Shown in pieces: positions 40,980-51,100 of a DNA stretch of 64,000 nucleotides (the first letter of the stretch is position 1; every line of letters begins with the position of its first letter). The DNA comes from an uncultured Verrucomicrobiae bacterium. Lineage in GTDB: Bacteria > Verrucomicrobiota > Verrucomicrobiia > Chthoniobacterales > UBA10450. The notes below the pieces were generated by a model, which was not told where the DNA came from, ran no database searches, and saw only the letters and a list, made by a program, of their open reading frames with translations. The stretch is from NCBI GenBank assembly GCA_963815455.1, contig CAWFGO010000001.1, forward strand, positions 768,001 through 832,000. The letters are read 5' to 3'. The position numbers and the translations under genes are program-made.

Positions 40980-41115
40980 TCTGGGGAGCACAGGCTGCCA
41001 GCCTGTCCATCTCGGCAGCTTGCCGAGATGCTTTGTCACTCGCGCGAAATGAATTCCTTCGAATGTTGTCGGCAGGCTGCCGGCAACTACAGGCCAGCGG
41101 CCTGTGCTCCCCAGA
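40980..41115. repeat. 136-bp multi-hairpin palindromic element between fmt and pyrH
   Basis: 16-bp perfect inverted ends TCTGGGGAGCACAGGC/GCCTGTGCTCCCCAGA with internal hairpins. Confidence 0.8.
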
Positions 41116-41116
41116 A

Positions 41117-42034
41117 TCAGCGCGCCGCGTCAATAATCGAAGCGTGCCCGCGCAAGAATTCCACGGCGCTCATTCGCTTTCTTCCTTCCAATTGAACGTC
41201 ACGCAATGACAGAGCGCCTTTTCCGGCCGCGATGATCAACTCGCTTTCGCTTTTCAAAATCTCACCCGGCTTTCCGCCAAGATCGACAATCGACGCGGAA
41301 AAGATTTTCAGATTCCGTCCTTCCAGGTCCATGAACGCCCCGGGCCACGGATCGAACGCGCGAATTTTTCTCTCGATAACTTCCGCCGGTTCCGACCAAT
41401 CGATTCGGCCATGTTCGCGTTCCAATTTGGGCGCGTAAGTGGCGAGCGCTTTGTCCTGCGGAATGCGCGGCGCGTTTCCGCTGGAGAGCATGTCCAAGGA
41501 TTCGAGGCACGCATCCGGAGCGATTTCCCCCAGCCGATCATGGAGCAAGCCGCCAGTGTCATCGGAGCGGATGTCGATCTTGCGCTGTAAGAGTATGTCG
41601 CCGGTATCGAGTCCTTCATCCATGTACATGACGGTAATGCCGGTCTCGCCGTCGCCCGCCGCGATTGCCGCCTGAATCGGCGCCGCGCCGCGCCAACGTG
41701 GCAGAAGCGATGCGTGCAGATTTAAACAAGCCAGCCGGGGAATTTCGAGCACCTCGCGCGGCAGGATTTGCCCATAAGCCACCACCACAATCACCTCCGG
41801 CTTCAGTGCACGCATCTCTTCGATCGACTGTGGATCCTTTATTCGCGCAGGCTGCAAGATCGACATCGTCGTTCCCGCCAATGCTTTCTTGATGGGCGGC
41901 GGCTCGATGCGTTGCTCGCGTCCAACCGGTTTATCCGGTTGCGTCACGACAGCGACAACTTTGTGGTCGGATTTCAGCAAAGCCTGCAGTGCCGGCACGC
42001 CGATCTCGCCCGTGCCAATGAAGACGATGCGCAT
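41117..42034 (-). CDS. fmt: methionyl-tRNA formyltransferase
   Basis: VVTQPD, VVAYGQIL, NLHASLLPRWRGAAP, GLDTGD. Confidence 0.97.
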   Translation of the reverse strand: MRIVFIGTGEIGVPALQALLKSDHKVVAVVTQPDKPVGREQRIEPPPIKKALAGTTMSILQPARIKDPQSIEEMRALKPEVIVVVAYGQILPREVLEIPRLACLNLHASLLPRWRGAAPIQAAIAAGDGETGITVMYMDEGLDTGDILLQRKIDIRSDDTGGLLHDRLGEIAPDACLESLDMLSSGNAPRIPQDKALATYAPKLEREHGRIDWSEPAEVIERKIRAFDPWPGAFMDLEGRNLKIFSASIVDLGGKPGEILKSESELIIAAGKGALSLRDVQLEGRKRMSAVEFLRGHASIIDAAR

Positions 42035-42038
42035 TATC

Positions 42039-42284
42039 CTAACGAAGAGGAATTTTTGCCGGACCCCGACCGGGGCCTCGCCCAGGCATTCCCTGGGCCA
42101 TCAGTTTGTCGCCGGCGGTGATTTCACGCTGGCCGACCGACGATCCGCAGCCGGTGCAGAGGTAATCGAAAATCTCCTTGTCGGGCAGAATCAGGAGCAA
42201 CCGCTCGCGCACCGGCATCGCGGCTTTACATTTTTCGCAATAGAGGCTCGAGGCGGTGAAATTTTCAAACTGCTGCTGCTTCAT
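42039..42284 (-). CDS. small Zn-ribbon-like hypothetical protein
   Basis: CEKC..CTGC pairs; in operon context. Confidence 0.7.
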   Translation of the reverse strand: MKQQQFENFTASSLYCEKCKAAMPVRERLLLILPDKEIFDYLCTGCGSSVGQREITAGDKLMAQGMPGRGPGRGPAKIPLR

Positions 42285-42864
42285 ACGCGCCGTTCATGCT
42301 GTGCAAGATGTCCAGCAGAACTTTGGCGGGCGGCTGAGTCGCGTCAATCACCGTGACAGTTTCCTTTGGGTAATAGCCCAGGACCGGTTTCGAATCTCCG
42401 TCGTAGATCTCCAGGCGGCGTTGGATCACTTCTTCATTGGCGTCATCGAGCCGGTTGTCCTTGAGGGCGCGTTTTTTCAATCGATAAAACAGCGTCTCGC
42501 GATTTGGGCAGGACAGGTGAAAAACTTTCTTCACGTCGATCATTTCCTCCATGATTTTCGCCTGACCGACGTTGCGCGGGATGCCATCGAGCACGAGGGC
42601 ATCGATGTCCGGTTTAAACTTGTGCGCCTCCACCGCGGCGTCGATGGCTGCCTTCCAAAGCTCGACCGTGATATCGTCGGGCACCAGCTGGCCTTTGCTT
42701 GAGTATTCGAGGAACGCTCTGCCCACTTTCGTGCGGGTGTCGATAGAGCGAAAAACGTCTCCGCACGGGCAGTGAAAAAAGCGCGGGATCGTGCCGAGCG
42801 TTTTGCCCTGGGTGCCCTTGCCGCTGCCGGGCGCGCCGAAGAGGATGAACGTGTTGTATTTCAT
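42265..42864 (-). CDS. adk: adenylate kinase family nucleoside monophosphate kinase
   Basis: GAPGSGKGTQ P-loop, GQLVPD, LDGIPR, RLDD. Confidence 0.85.
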   Translation of the reverse strand: MKYNTFILFGAPGSGKGTQGKTLGTIPRFFHCPCGDVFRSIDTRTKVGRAFLEYSSKGQLVPDDITVELWKAAIDAAVEAHKFKPDIDALVLDGIPRNVGQAKIMEEMIDVKKVFHLSCPNRETLFYRLKKRALKDNRLDDANEEVIQRRLEIYDGDSKPVLGYYPKETVTVIDATQPPAKVLLDILHSMNGAYEAAAV

Positions 42865-42913
42865 GGACGGAATTCGTTTATACCGCAAAAGGCCTTGGTT
42901 TAACAAGCCTCTC

Positions 42914-43033
42914 GTCATCCCGAGCGAAATCGCCTGCCGCGCCGTAGCTTTTTGCGAAGGCGGGAGGGATCCCGGAGTATTACCTTGAGGCTTACGGGAT
43001 CTTCCGACTTCGCTTCGCTCCGCTCAAGATGAC
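42914..43033. repeat. GTCAT..ATGAC repeat, copy 3, with a nested GCCGTAGC..GAAGGCGG element
   Basis: GTCATCCCGAGCGAAATC[GCCTGCCGCGCCGTAGCTTTTTGCGAAGGCGG]GAGGGATCCCG..GCTCAAGATGAC. Confidence 0.8.
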
Positions 43034-43035
43034 AA

Positions 43036-43293
43036 TTACTTGCGCGTCGCCGCAGCCTCGACATTCACTCGCCGGCCACCGCGATCGAAACGGACGTTGC
43101 CATCAACCAGCGCGAAAATCGTGTAATCGCGACCGAGCCCGACATTCTTGCCAGGCAAAAACTTCGTCCCGCGCTGCCTGACAATGATGTTGCCGGCGAC
43201 AACCAGCTCGCTGCCGAATTTTTTCACACCGAGGCGTTTGCTGACGCTATCTCGCCCGTTCTTAACGCTGCCCTGTCCTTTTTTATGAGCCAT
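43036..43293 (-). CDS. rpmA: 50S ribosomal protein L27
   Basis: [19 protein letters not shown]. Confidence 0.98.
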   Translation of the reverse strand: MAHKKGQGSVKNGRDSVSKRLGVKKFGSELVVAGNIIVRQRGTKFLPGKNVGLGRDYTIFALVDGNVRFDRGGRRVNVEAAATRK

Positions 43294-43315
43294 TTGAAAA
43301 ACTTCGAGGTTGAGG

Positions 43316-43651
43316 CTAAGCCTTTTTCGATTTCGATCCGGCGCTGATCGATTTGATTTTCACCCGCGTCAATTTGCGCCGATGTCCGACGGTGCGGTGA
43401 TACCCTTTGCGCCGTCTGTATTTGAACGCGATTACCTTCTTGTCCTTCCGCTGCTCGACGACTTCCGCAGTCACTTTGGCCCCGGAAATAAGCGGATCTC
43501 CATGCGTCATGCTTTTCCCATCGGCAAACATCAGCACGTCGCCGAAGGTCGCGATCTTGCCCGGTTCGACCTCGAGAAGATCGACGTCGAGCGTATCGCC
43601 CTCCGCGACGCGAAATTGCCGCCCGCCAGTCTTAATAATTGCGTAAGCCAT
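43316..43651 (-). CDS. rplU: 50S ribosomal protein L21
   Basis: [24 protein letters not shown]. Confidence 0.98.
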   Translation of the reverse strand: MAYAIIKTGGRQFRVAEGDTLDVDLLEVEPGKIATFGDVLMFADGKSMTHGDPLISGAKVTAEVVEQRKDKKVIAFKYRRRKGYHRTVGHRRKLTRVKIKSISAGSKSKKA

Positions 43652-43722
43652 AAGCATTTTCCGGGGAGAAAAAGCCGCGCAAATTCACACAGATGGGCAG
43701 GCTTGGCAAGCTCAAAGTCCAA

Positions 43723-43815
43723 GTCATTCCAAGCGAAAGCCGAGGAATCCCGCAGCAAAACGCACAGCAAATTCAACGGGATCCTTCGACTGCGCTTCGC
43801 TCCGCTCAGGATGAC
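43723..43815. repeat. GTCAT..ATGAC repeat, copy 4 (supplies the rsmI stop codon)
   Basis: GTCATTCCAAGCGAAAGCCGAGGAATCCCG..CGGGATCCTTCGAC..GCTCAGGATGAC. Confidence 0.8.
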
Positions 43816-44480
43816 AGCGTGTTTTGCGCAATCACGAACACGATTTCACCCTTAGGCGGACGCGCCTCGTAATGAGCGAGAAGTTCGGCCGCGGTGCCCC
43901 GCCGGAATTCTTCGAATTTCTTGGTGAGCTCGCGCGCGACGCAGAGCGAGCGTTCCGGCATGATCTCGCTGCAGGCTGTGAGCGTCTTGACCAGACGATA
44001 AGGCGATTCAAAAAAAACTGTTGTCTCCTCGCGTTCGCCGGCCGCTCGCAATTCGCGTTCGCGCTGCCCACTCTTGACCGGCAGGAAGCCTCGAAAACAG
44101 AATTTCTCCATCGAAAATCCGGAACCGGCCAGGGCAGTGAGGATTGCGGAGGGCCCGGGCAATATCGTGAACGGCAGCTCGCGCCTGATGCATTCGCGAA
44201 TCAAGCGCGCGCCTGGATCGGAAAACCCGGGCATGCCGGCATCGGTGATCAACGCCACGTTTTCGCCGGCCGCGAGACGCTCGACCAACTGCGCCGTTCG
44301 CATCGCTTCGTTGTGCTGGTGATAACTCAGGAACGGTTTCTTGATCCCGAAGTGTTTTAGCAAGATTCCGGAGTGTCGTGTGTCCTCCGCCGCAACAAGA
44401 TCGACATCTTTCAAGACATCGAGCGCACGAAGCGTGATGTCGCCCAGGTTCCCAATCGGCGTGGCGACGACGTAAAGCAT
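43806..44480 (-). CDS. rsmI: 16S rRNA (cytidine1402-2'-O)-methyltransferase
   Basis: LYVVATPIGNLGDIT, AAEDTR, DAGMP..SDPG, FESPYR, RELTKKFEE. Confidence 0.96.
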   Translation of the reverse strand: MLYVVATPIGNLGDITLRALDVLKDVDLVAAEDTRHSGILLKHFGIKKPFLSYHQHNEAMRTAQLVERLAAGENVALITDAGMPGFSDPGARLIRECIRRELPFTILPGPSAILTALAGSGFSMEKFCFRGFLPVKSGQRERELRAAGEREETTVFFESPYRLVKTLTACSEIMPERSLCVARELTKKFEEFRRGTAAELLAHYEARPPKGEIVFVIAQNTLSS

Positions 44481-44573
44481 TCTTCATAATGCGACAGAAA
44501 GTGGGCGCGCGCCAAGGCTTCGATCCTCACCCTGTGTTGCCAGCCGATATCTGGGAATCGCGCTCTCAACTAG

Positions 44574-44602
44574 TTGACAGCGCCATGCCTCGCCCGTAGC
44601 TT
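44574..44602 (+). promoter_or_regulatory. sigma70 promoter of rplM-rpsI
   Basis: TTGACA-N17-TAGCTT. Confidence 0.65.
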
Positions 44603-44620
44603 CCGGGCCTTTTCCGTCCC

Positions 44621-45052
44621 ATGAAAACCTTTTCCGCTAAAGCCAGCGAAGTGTCGCGCAAGTGGTGGCTGATCGATGCCAGGGACCAGATTCTCGGCCA
44701 GGTCGCCGTCAAGGCCGCGACTTTATTGCGTGGAAAAGGGAAACCGATTTTGACGCCTCACGTCGATACCGGCGATTTCGTCATCGTAATTAACGCCGAC
44801 AAAGTTCGAGTCACCGGCAAAAAGGAAGAGCAAAAAAGCTACATGAGCTTTTCCGGATTCGTCGGCGGCCACAAATCCGAAAATGTTCGGGCCCGGCGCG
44901 CCCGGCATCCCGAATTGCTGATCGAACGGGCCGTGCGCGGGATGATTCCGCACAATCGGCTCGGGCGTTCGGTTTATCGCAAACTAAAAGTTTATCGAGG
45001 CGAATCGCATCCGCACACGGCCCAGCAACCCGCTCCGGTTACTTTCAAGTAA
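44621..45052 (+). CDS. rplM: 50S ribosomal protein L13
   Basis: WWLIDA, LRGK, TPHVDTGDFVIVINA. Confidence 0.98.
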   Translation: MKTFSAKASEVSRKWWLIDARDQILGQVAVKAATLLRGKGKPILTPHVDTGDFVIVINADKVRVTGKKEEQKSYMSFSGFVGGHKSENVRARRARHPELLIERAVRGMIPHNRLGRSVYRKLKVYRGESHPHTAQQPAPVTFK

Positions 45053-45064
45053 TCCCTTTTTCCA

Positions 45065-45460
45065 ATGGCACGCTCTGAAGAATTCATCGCTACCGGTCGC
45101 CGCAAGAACTCCGTCGCGCGCATTCGCATGACGGCGGGCAGCGGCAAGATCGACATCAACGGCCGCAACTTCGAGGATTATTTCCCCACGGCGCCATTGC
45201 AGAACATCGTTCTTCAGCCGCTTCAGACTGCGAAAGCGGTGAACTCCTATGATCTCTCGATCAATGCCACCGGGGGCGGTTCGAGTGGACAAGCCGGCGC
45301 CGTCCGGTTGGCCATCTCGCGCGCCCTGCTCCAAGTGGATCCCGAGCTACGGACGATCTTGAAGGTGGAAGGTTTGCTCCGGCGCGATCCGCGCATGAAA
45401 GAGCGAAAGAAATCCGGGCAGCCTGGCGCGCGGAAGCGTTTCCAGTTCTCGAAGCGCTAA
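45065..45460 (+). CDS. rpsI: 30S ribosomal protein S9
   Basis: TGRRK, GGG.SGQAGA, C-terminal RKRFQFSKR. Confidence 0.98.
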   Translation: MARSEEFIATGRRKNSVARIRMTAGSGKIDINGRNFEDYFPTAPLQNIVLQPLQTAKAVNSYDLSINATGGGSSGQAGAVRLAISRALLQVDPELRTILKVEGLLRRDPRMKERKKSGQPGARKRFQFSKR

Positions 45461-45466
45461 TTCTTT

Positions 45467-45534
45467 CTGTAGCGGCGGTCTCTGACCGTCGCATATTCAA
45501 CGCCCCTCTTTGCGGCTGACAAGTCGCCCCTACA
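45467..45534. repeat. GTAG-type REP-like pair between convergent genes
   Basis: CTGTAGCGGCGGTCTCTGACCGTCGC..GCGGCTGACAAGTCGCCCCTACA; left half nearly identical to 58721. Confidence 0.8.
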
Positions 45535-45535
45535 C

Positions 45536-46273
45536 TTATTTCGGCTTTGCCGTTGGCGCAGCGGCCGGCATTGCCGCGGGCGGCCGAGCCAGCAACGGCG
45601 GGGCCGCGGGCCGGTTGCCCGACGGCGTCGGCACCATTCCCGGCCCGGATTGCGATGCGGCGCTCGGTTTAAGGAAATGCAATTCTTGGGCCGCCTCTCG
45701 CGCCCAAAAACTGTCGCGATACTGAGTCAAAATCATTTCACACGCCAGGCGCGCATCATCGTTCCGATTCTTTGCCTTCAAGATGTGCACCCGCGAAATC
45801 AGCGCCAGCGGAGCGCTGAAGCTAGTCGGATTACTGGTCGCGATCTGCTGATACATCGCCAACGCTTCATCCGTTTTCCCCAACGATTCCAGGTTGGCCG
45901 CCATCGCCATTCGGGCCGTAGTCGCCAATTCGTGCTCGGGGTTCTTGTTCACAAAAGTCTGCAGCGTCGCGTTCGCTTCGGCGAACTTCTTTTCGGCCCG
46001 TTGACGCTCGGCCAGGAATAGATGCGCAGCCGCGCTCGCGGGCGTGTTCGAAAAACGCGCGATCACTTGTTGATAATCCGGGATGCTCTTGGCACTGGCT
46101 AGCAAAGCAGCGGCCGCCGCTTCCCGGCGATCGCTGTAAAAACGGAACCCGGCGAATCCAATGATCGCCAGCAGCGCAATAATCAGCACTGCGAAGATCT
46201 CATTACGGAATCGCAGCCAAAAAACGCGCGTTTCGAGCGCTACATCTCGGGAAGGTGGTGGTGCTGTCGGCAT
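45536..46273 (-). CDS. membrane-anchored TPR protein (YfgM-like)
   Basis: FW..R..I TM segment followed by TPR-like helices and a Pro/Ala tail. Confidence 0.7.
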   Translation of the reverse strand: MPTAPPPSRDVALETRVFWLRFRNEIFAVLIIALLAIIGFAGFRFYSDRREAAAAALLASAKSIPDYQQVIARFSNTPASAAAHLFLAERQRAEKKFAEANATLQTFVNKNPEHELATTARMAMAANLESLGKTDEALAMYQQIATSNPTSFSAPLALISRVHILKAKNRNDDARLACEMILTQYRDSFWAREAAQELHFLKPSAASQSGPGMVPTPSGNRPAAPPLLARPPAAMPAAAPTAKPK

Positions 46274-46422
46274 AAATTCGATCTCGATCCTACGGATGGC
46301 AGTCCCAGCCGCGCGAGCGTGCTCTTATGCCACGCGAAGCTTTTTTGCGCAAGTCCGCCAACCGAATCGCATGGATCGATATACGCTCGCCTCGGGCCCG
46401 TCCGGCGATAAAATTCCGGGAT

Positions 46423-46932
46423 ATGAATTCATTTTACGATCTTGTCGGACCATTGCTCGGTTTGGGCGTCGACCCAAAAGACCTCACCTTCTTTCAAATC
46501 TCATTGCGCGGCGTGATCGTATTTCTAGCCACCTTGATCATGATTCGCCTCGGGCACAAGCGATCGCTCGCCCGTAAGACGGCGTTTGATGCCGTGCTAA
46601 TCGTGATTGTAGCGTCCGTGCTCTCTCGCGCGATCAACGGCACCGCCGCATTTTTCGCTACGCTCGGTGGCGGTTTGGTGCTTGTTTTGGTCCACCGGCT
46701 CCTCGCCTTGATTGCCTACTACTCCCACACCGTTGGGGTGCTGATCAAAGGCAATCCGGAAGTCATTATTGAAAATGGCGACCTGATTTTCAGCACGTTG
46801 CGCCGCAATCACATCTCCCGGCACGATGTCGAAGAAGATCTGCGGCTCTCAGCCAAAACCGAGGACCTCAAGAACATCCGAGTCGGCTACGTCGAGCGCA
46901 GCGGCGACATCAGCTTCGTTGAGAAGAAATAA
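46423..46932 (+). CDS. DUF421/YetF-family membrane protein
   Basis: RLGHKRSLA..TAFD, KGNPEVIIENG, VERSGDISF. Confidence 0.85.
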   Translation: MNSFYDLVGPLLGLGVDPKDLTFFQISLRGVIVFLATLIMIRLGHKRSLARKTAFDAVLIVIVASVLSRAINGTAAFFATLGGGLVLVLVHRLLALIAYYSHTVGVLIKGNPEVIIENGDLIFSTLRRNHISRHDVEEDLRLSAKTEDLKNIRVGYVERSGDISFVEKK

Positions 46933-47013
46933 CACCGATCTTCGTAGAGCCCCGGGCGGCGGCGCCCCAAAAAAAATCTGCGCCAATCTGCGAAATCTGC
47001 GGACAATATCTCC

Positions 47014-48117
47014 GTGCACCCGCACGACAAGCTTTTCACTCCCGGCCCGGTCGAGGTCTCCGCAAAAACGCTGGCGGCATTCTCGCGACCGATGATCGGT
47101 CATCGCGGCGAAGATTTTAAGAATCTTTACCGCGACATTCATCCGAAACTGCAAACGCTCTTCGGCACGAAACAGCCGGTCTTTCTTTCCAGTTCATCGG
47201 CCTGGGGCGTGATGGAAGCATCGATCCGAAATCTGGTCGGCGAGAACGGCCAGTCCGGCTCCGGACTCCTCTGCTGCATGTGCGGCGCGTTCTCCGATAA
47301 ATGGCTCGACGTCGCGAAGCGGTTGCGGCAAAAACGCCGAGCCGCTCCAAGTCGAATGGGGAAAACACATCGATCACAAAGATGTCGATGCAAAACTGGC
47401 GTCAGGAAAGTTCGACACCGTCACATTGATTCATAACGAAACCTCCACCGGCGTGATGAATCCGTTGCCGGAAATTTGCTGCGTCCTCGCCAAATATCCC
47501 GATGTCGCTCTAATCGTGGACACCGTCTCCTCCTTCTCCGCGATGAAGATCGACATGGACGCGCTCGGCATCGACGTCATGCTCACCGGCGCGCAAAAAG
47601 CGCTCGCTCTCCCACCCGGCTTTTCCCTCTTCGCCGTTTCGGAAAAGGCTTTCGCTCGTGCCGAGAAACAGAAAGATCGCGGCTACTATTTCGATTTCTT
47701 CGAGTTCAAAAAACAGCAAGCCAACTGGATGACGCCGACCACACCGAGCATCGGCCACATCTTCGCTTTGCAATCCAAGCTGGAAGAAATCTTCGAAGAA
47801 GGCCTGGAGGCGCGCTATCGATCGTCACGCAAAAACCAACGCCCTCGTCCACGATTGGGTGAAAAGAACGCGGCTTCAATTTCTTCGCCGAAGAAGGCTT
47901 CCGATCAAAAACGCTGACCTGCGTGAAAAATAATCAAGTGGCATCGACATCTTGTCGATGGTCGAAAAAGCTCCGCGAAAAACATCACCTCGTCATCGAC
48001 GCCGGCTACGGCAAACTCAAAGGCCAAACTTTCCGCCTATCCAACATGGGCGACGAAACCGAGGAAACGGTTTCCCATTTGCTCGCTTGCTTGGACGACT
48101 CGCTTTCTGGCGGTTGA
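47014..48117 (+). CDS. class V PLP aminotransferase (alanine-glyoxylate/serine-pyruvate family), frameshifted
   Basis: LFTPGPVEV, MIGHR, HNETSTGV, VDTVSS, GAQKALALPPG, GYGKLKGQTFR. Confidence 0.88.
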
Positions 48118-48168
48118 ATGACTTCGTGCCGCGCGGCAATAGACAAAGCCACCAGCCCGTTTCAAGGA

Positions 48169-51100
48169 TCAAATTTGATGGGCATCGCGCGCGGCCCTCA
48201 GTGCCTCGGAGGCTAATTTGGCGGAGTGTGCTGGATTCTCGCCGGCTGCCCGGATCGTTTCCCGAACGGCAGCTGTTAGGCGGGCCGGCAAGGGATGCTG
48301 ATTAGGTCCGAACAACGCCTTCATCCATTCAATCGCTACGGCGAAATTTCCCTCGGCGTGGGCGACTGCGATAAGTGGCCAGAGCGCCATCCAATCGAAA
48401 CCATACGGGTCCGGCATTGAATGCCAATCTTCGAGCGCTTGGGTCGCCAGCGTTCTACTCTTCGAATGATCGCCATCTTTCCAGGCGACCCAGGCAAGCG
48501 TCGCATTCGCCATCGCGATGTAATGCACCATGTCGAGTTTGGCCGCCAGCAACATCGCCCGCTTCGCGAACTCCTGGGCCGCAGATTTCGAATTCATCCC
48601 GCGATGCGCCACCGCCAGATAAATCAGAGAGCGGACTTGCAAGACAACATCGCCGATCCTCTCGGCCAATTCGAGCGCCTCATTCAGCGCCGCAACTGAC
48701 TCTTCCAGGTCTCCGTGCCAGAGCCGTACAAAACCCAGCGTAAATTTGAGATGAACCCGCTCGGCCGGATTGTCCCGCTCTTTTGCCAATTCGACTGCGC
48801 GTTCTGCGTATTCCACCGCGGTTGGTGGCGGGCTGTAATGATATTCGCTCAAGAGCGAGAGCGCTCGCATCATGAAGAATTTTGCGCGCTGCATGATCGT
48901 GCCGTGTTTTTCCACATTTGGCTCGACCTGCTCTGCCAGGGTGTTGAGCTCGTCGCATTGTCCAAGCCAGTAAAACAAATGCATTCGCTCATGCTGGATC
49001 TGCGCCCATGCATTCCACCAGCCCGTTCCGCGCGTGGGCAAATCTGACTCCAGTTCGAGTTCAGCGCGGTGCAAACCTTCAAGCGCTTTTTCGAAATCGC
49101 GACGATGAATCCAGCTTAAACCGATTTTCAGCTCCAAACGTGAGCGGGCAATTCGATCGGATTCGGCGACGAGCTTCTCTGCCTGCTCGAATTGATCTCG
49201 CGCTGGTGCGAATTCGCCGTTCAAGATCAGCACATCTCCAAGTCCTTCACGCAGAGTCGCCATCAAGGCGTCGAAAGAAGCGCCCGCCTGCGATTCAGCC
49301 TGCGCAAGAGCGGAACGATAAAAACCGATCGCTTCCAAATTTGAAAAGGTTTCGCGAGCGCGGTCGGCCGCCCGGATAAAGTAAGTGATCGCTTTATCGG
49401 GCACACCGGCTAGCTCGAAATGGCGGCCAAGAACTCCGGACAACTCAGCCAGGCGATCGGGTAGCAGCGTTTCAACCGCTTCTCCCACATGCCGGTGCCA
49501 CTCCCGGCGGGTGACCTGGAGTAGACTTTGGTAAGCGACTTCGTGCGTAATTGCGTGTTGAAAGGTGTACGTCTGATCAAACGTGGCCCTCGAACCCGCA
49601 ATTTGCTCCAAGTACACAAGATTTCGCCGACATAACTCTTCAATCGTTTCGGGCAATGCATGCTCACCCTGTTTTTTGCAGAGGTGAGCAAGAATCCCAA
49701 TTTGAAAAGTGCGCCCAATGACGGATGCGCGTTGCAGAACTCTCTTGGCTGCGGCTGGCAATGAATCAATTCGGGCGGCGATAACGGCCTGCAACGTCGG
49801 CGGAATATCCGAAATATCGTGAATCGTCATTACCCTGGCGTCTCTGACCGCCCGAACTAATTCTTCCAAAAAAAATGGGTTCCCTTCCGCCCGATTAAGA
49901 ATGGCCTGGCGCGTTTGAGAATCATCAATCTCACCCGCGGCGGCAATGAGGTCAGCGCTTTCGCGAGCCGTCAGTGCCGCGAGTTCGATGACTTGAACAC
50001 ATTTTTTCGGAAGCTGAGCCGCGAGCCGGTTGAGTCGCTCCCACACGTTGCTTTCCCGGCGATAAGCAACAACCACCAGCACGGGAGCGTTAACGACGAT
50101 CGGGGCCAAATGCTCCAGGGCCTGAAGCGATGACGGGTCCGCCCAATGCACGTCCTCCCAAACCAGAACGAGCTTTTCCCGTTGCGCTCGCGCTTCCACA
50201 TAACCTCGAAACGCCTCCAAAATCCGGGTTTGCAGAACTTCAGCGCTCAGGTGTTCGAGTCTCTCAACCCACGGTTGTTGAAGAGGCGCTTCAAGAATAC
50301 GAGCCAAATAAGGATAAATTCGTTCGACCCGGTCCGGGGCCAGCTCAAGAATATTTTCGTGGAATGTGCTGTTGATTTTGTGCGGATCTCCGCCGGGTGT
50401 TGTAGCAAGCAACGCGTGCAAGAGATCGCGCATCATTCGATAACCCGTCGTTTCTGCGTACGAAAGAGCGCGCGTTTCAGCCCAACCGGCAAATCTGCTC
50501 AGTCCACGCGTTTCTAGAACAAGGCGACTTTTCCCCAAACCAGCTTCTCCGGAAATGCAAAGCAGAGTACCGTTACCAGTCTTTAGTTGGGCAATCGCAG
50601 ACTTAATCTTTTGCAGTTCACGTTCCCGTCCGAAAAACGGCGTGCGCTTCGAGATCAGCTCGGCTGTTTTAGGTTCGACCTTCGATTCCAGTAGACGATA
50701 AACCGGAAGCGGCTCGGATTTGCCCTTGAGTTCGAGAGGCGGCAACGCCTCAAATTCGAATAGCGTAGCACCTCGGCGAAATGTTTCCGGGCCTACCAAG
50801 ATTTCATTTTCTCCACACGCATCTTCCAAACGTGCGGCGACGTTCACGGTATCGCCCATGACCGAATAATCCTGACGGCCTCGCGCGCCAACCGCCCCTG
50901 CAATCACGGCGCCAGTATTGATCCCAACGTGCAATCCGAGGCTCAAACCGCGCTCGCCGTTGAACGTTTCCAGCGCTGCGACTAGTTCGAGCGAAGTGCG
51001 CAAGGCACGCTCCGGATCGTTTTCGTGGGCAACCGGTGCGCCGAACAAAATCATAATCGCGTCGCCTAAAAACTTATCGATTGTGCCGCCGTAGCGTTGA

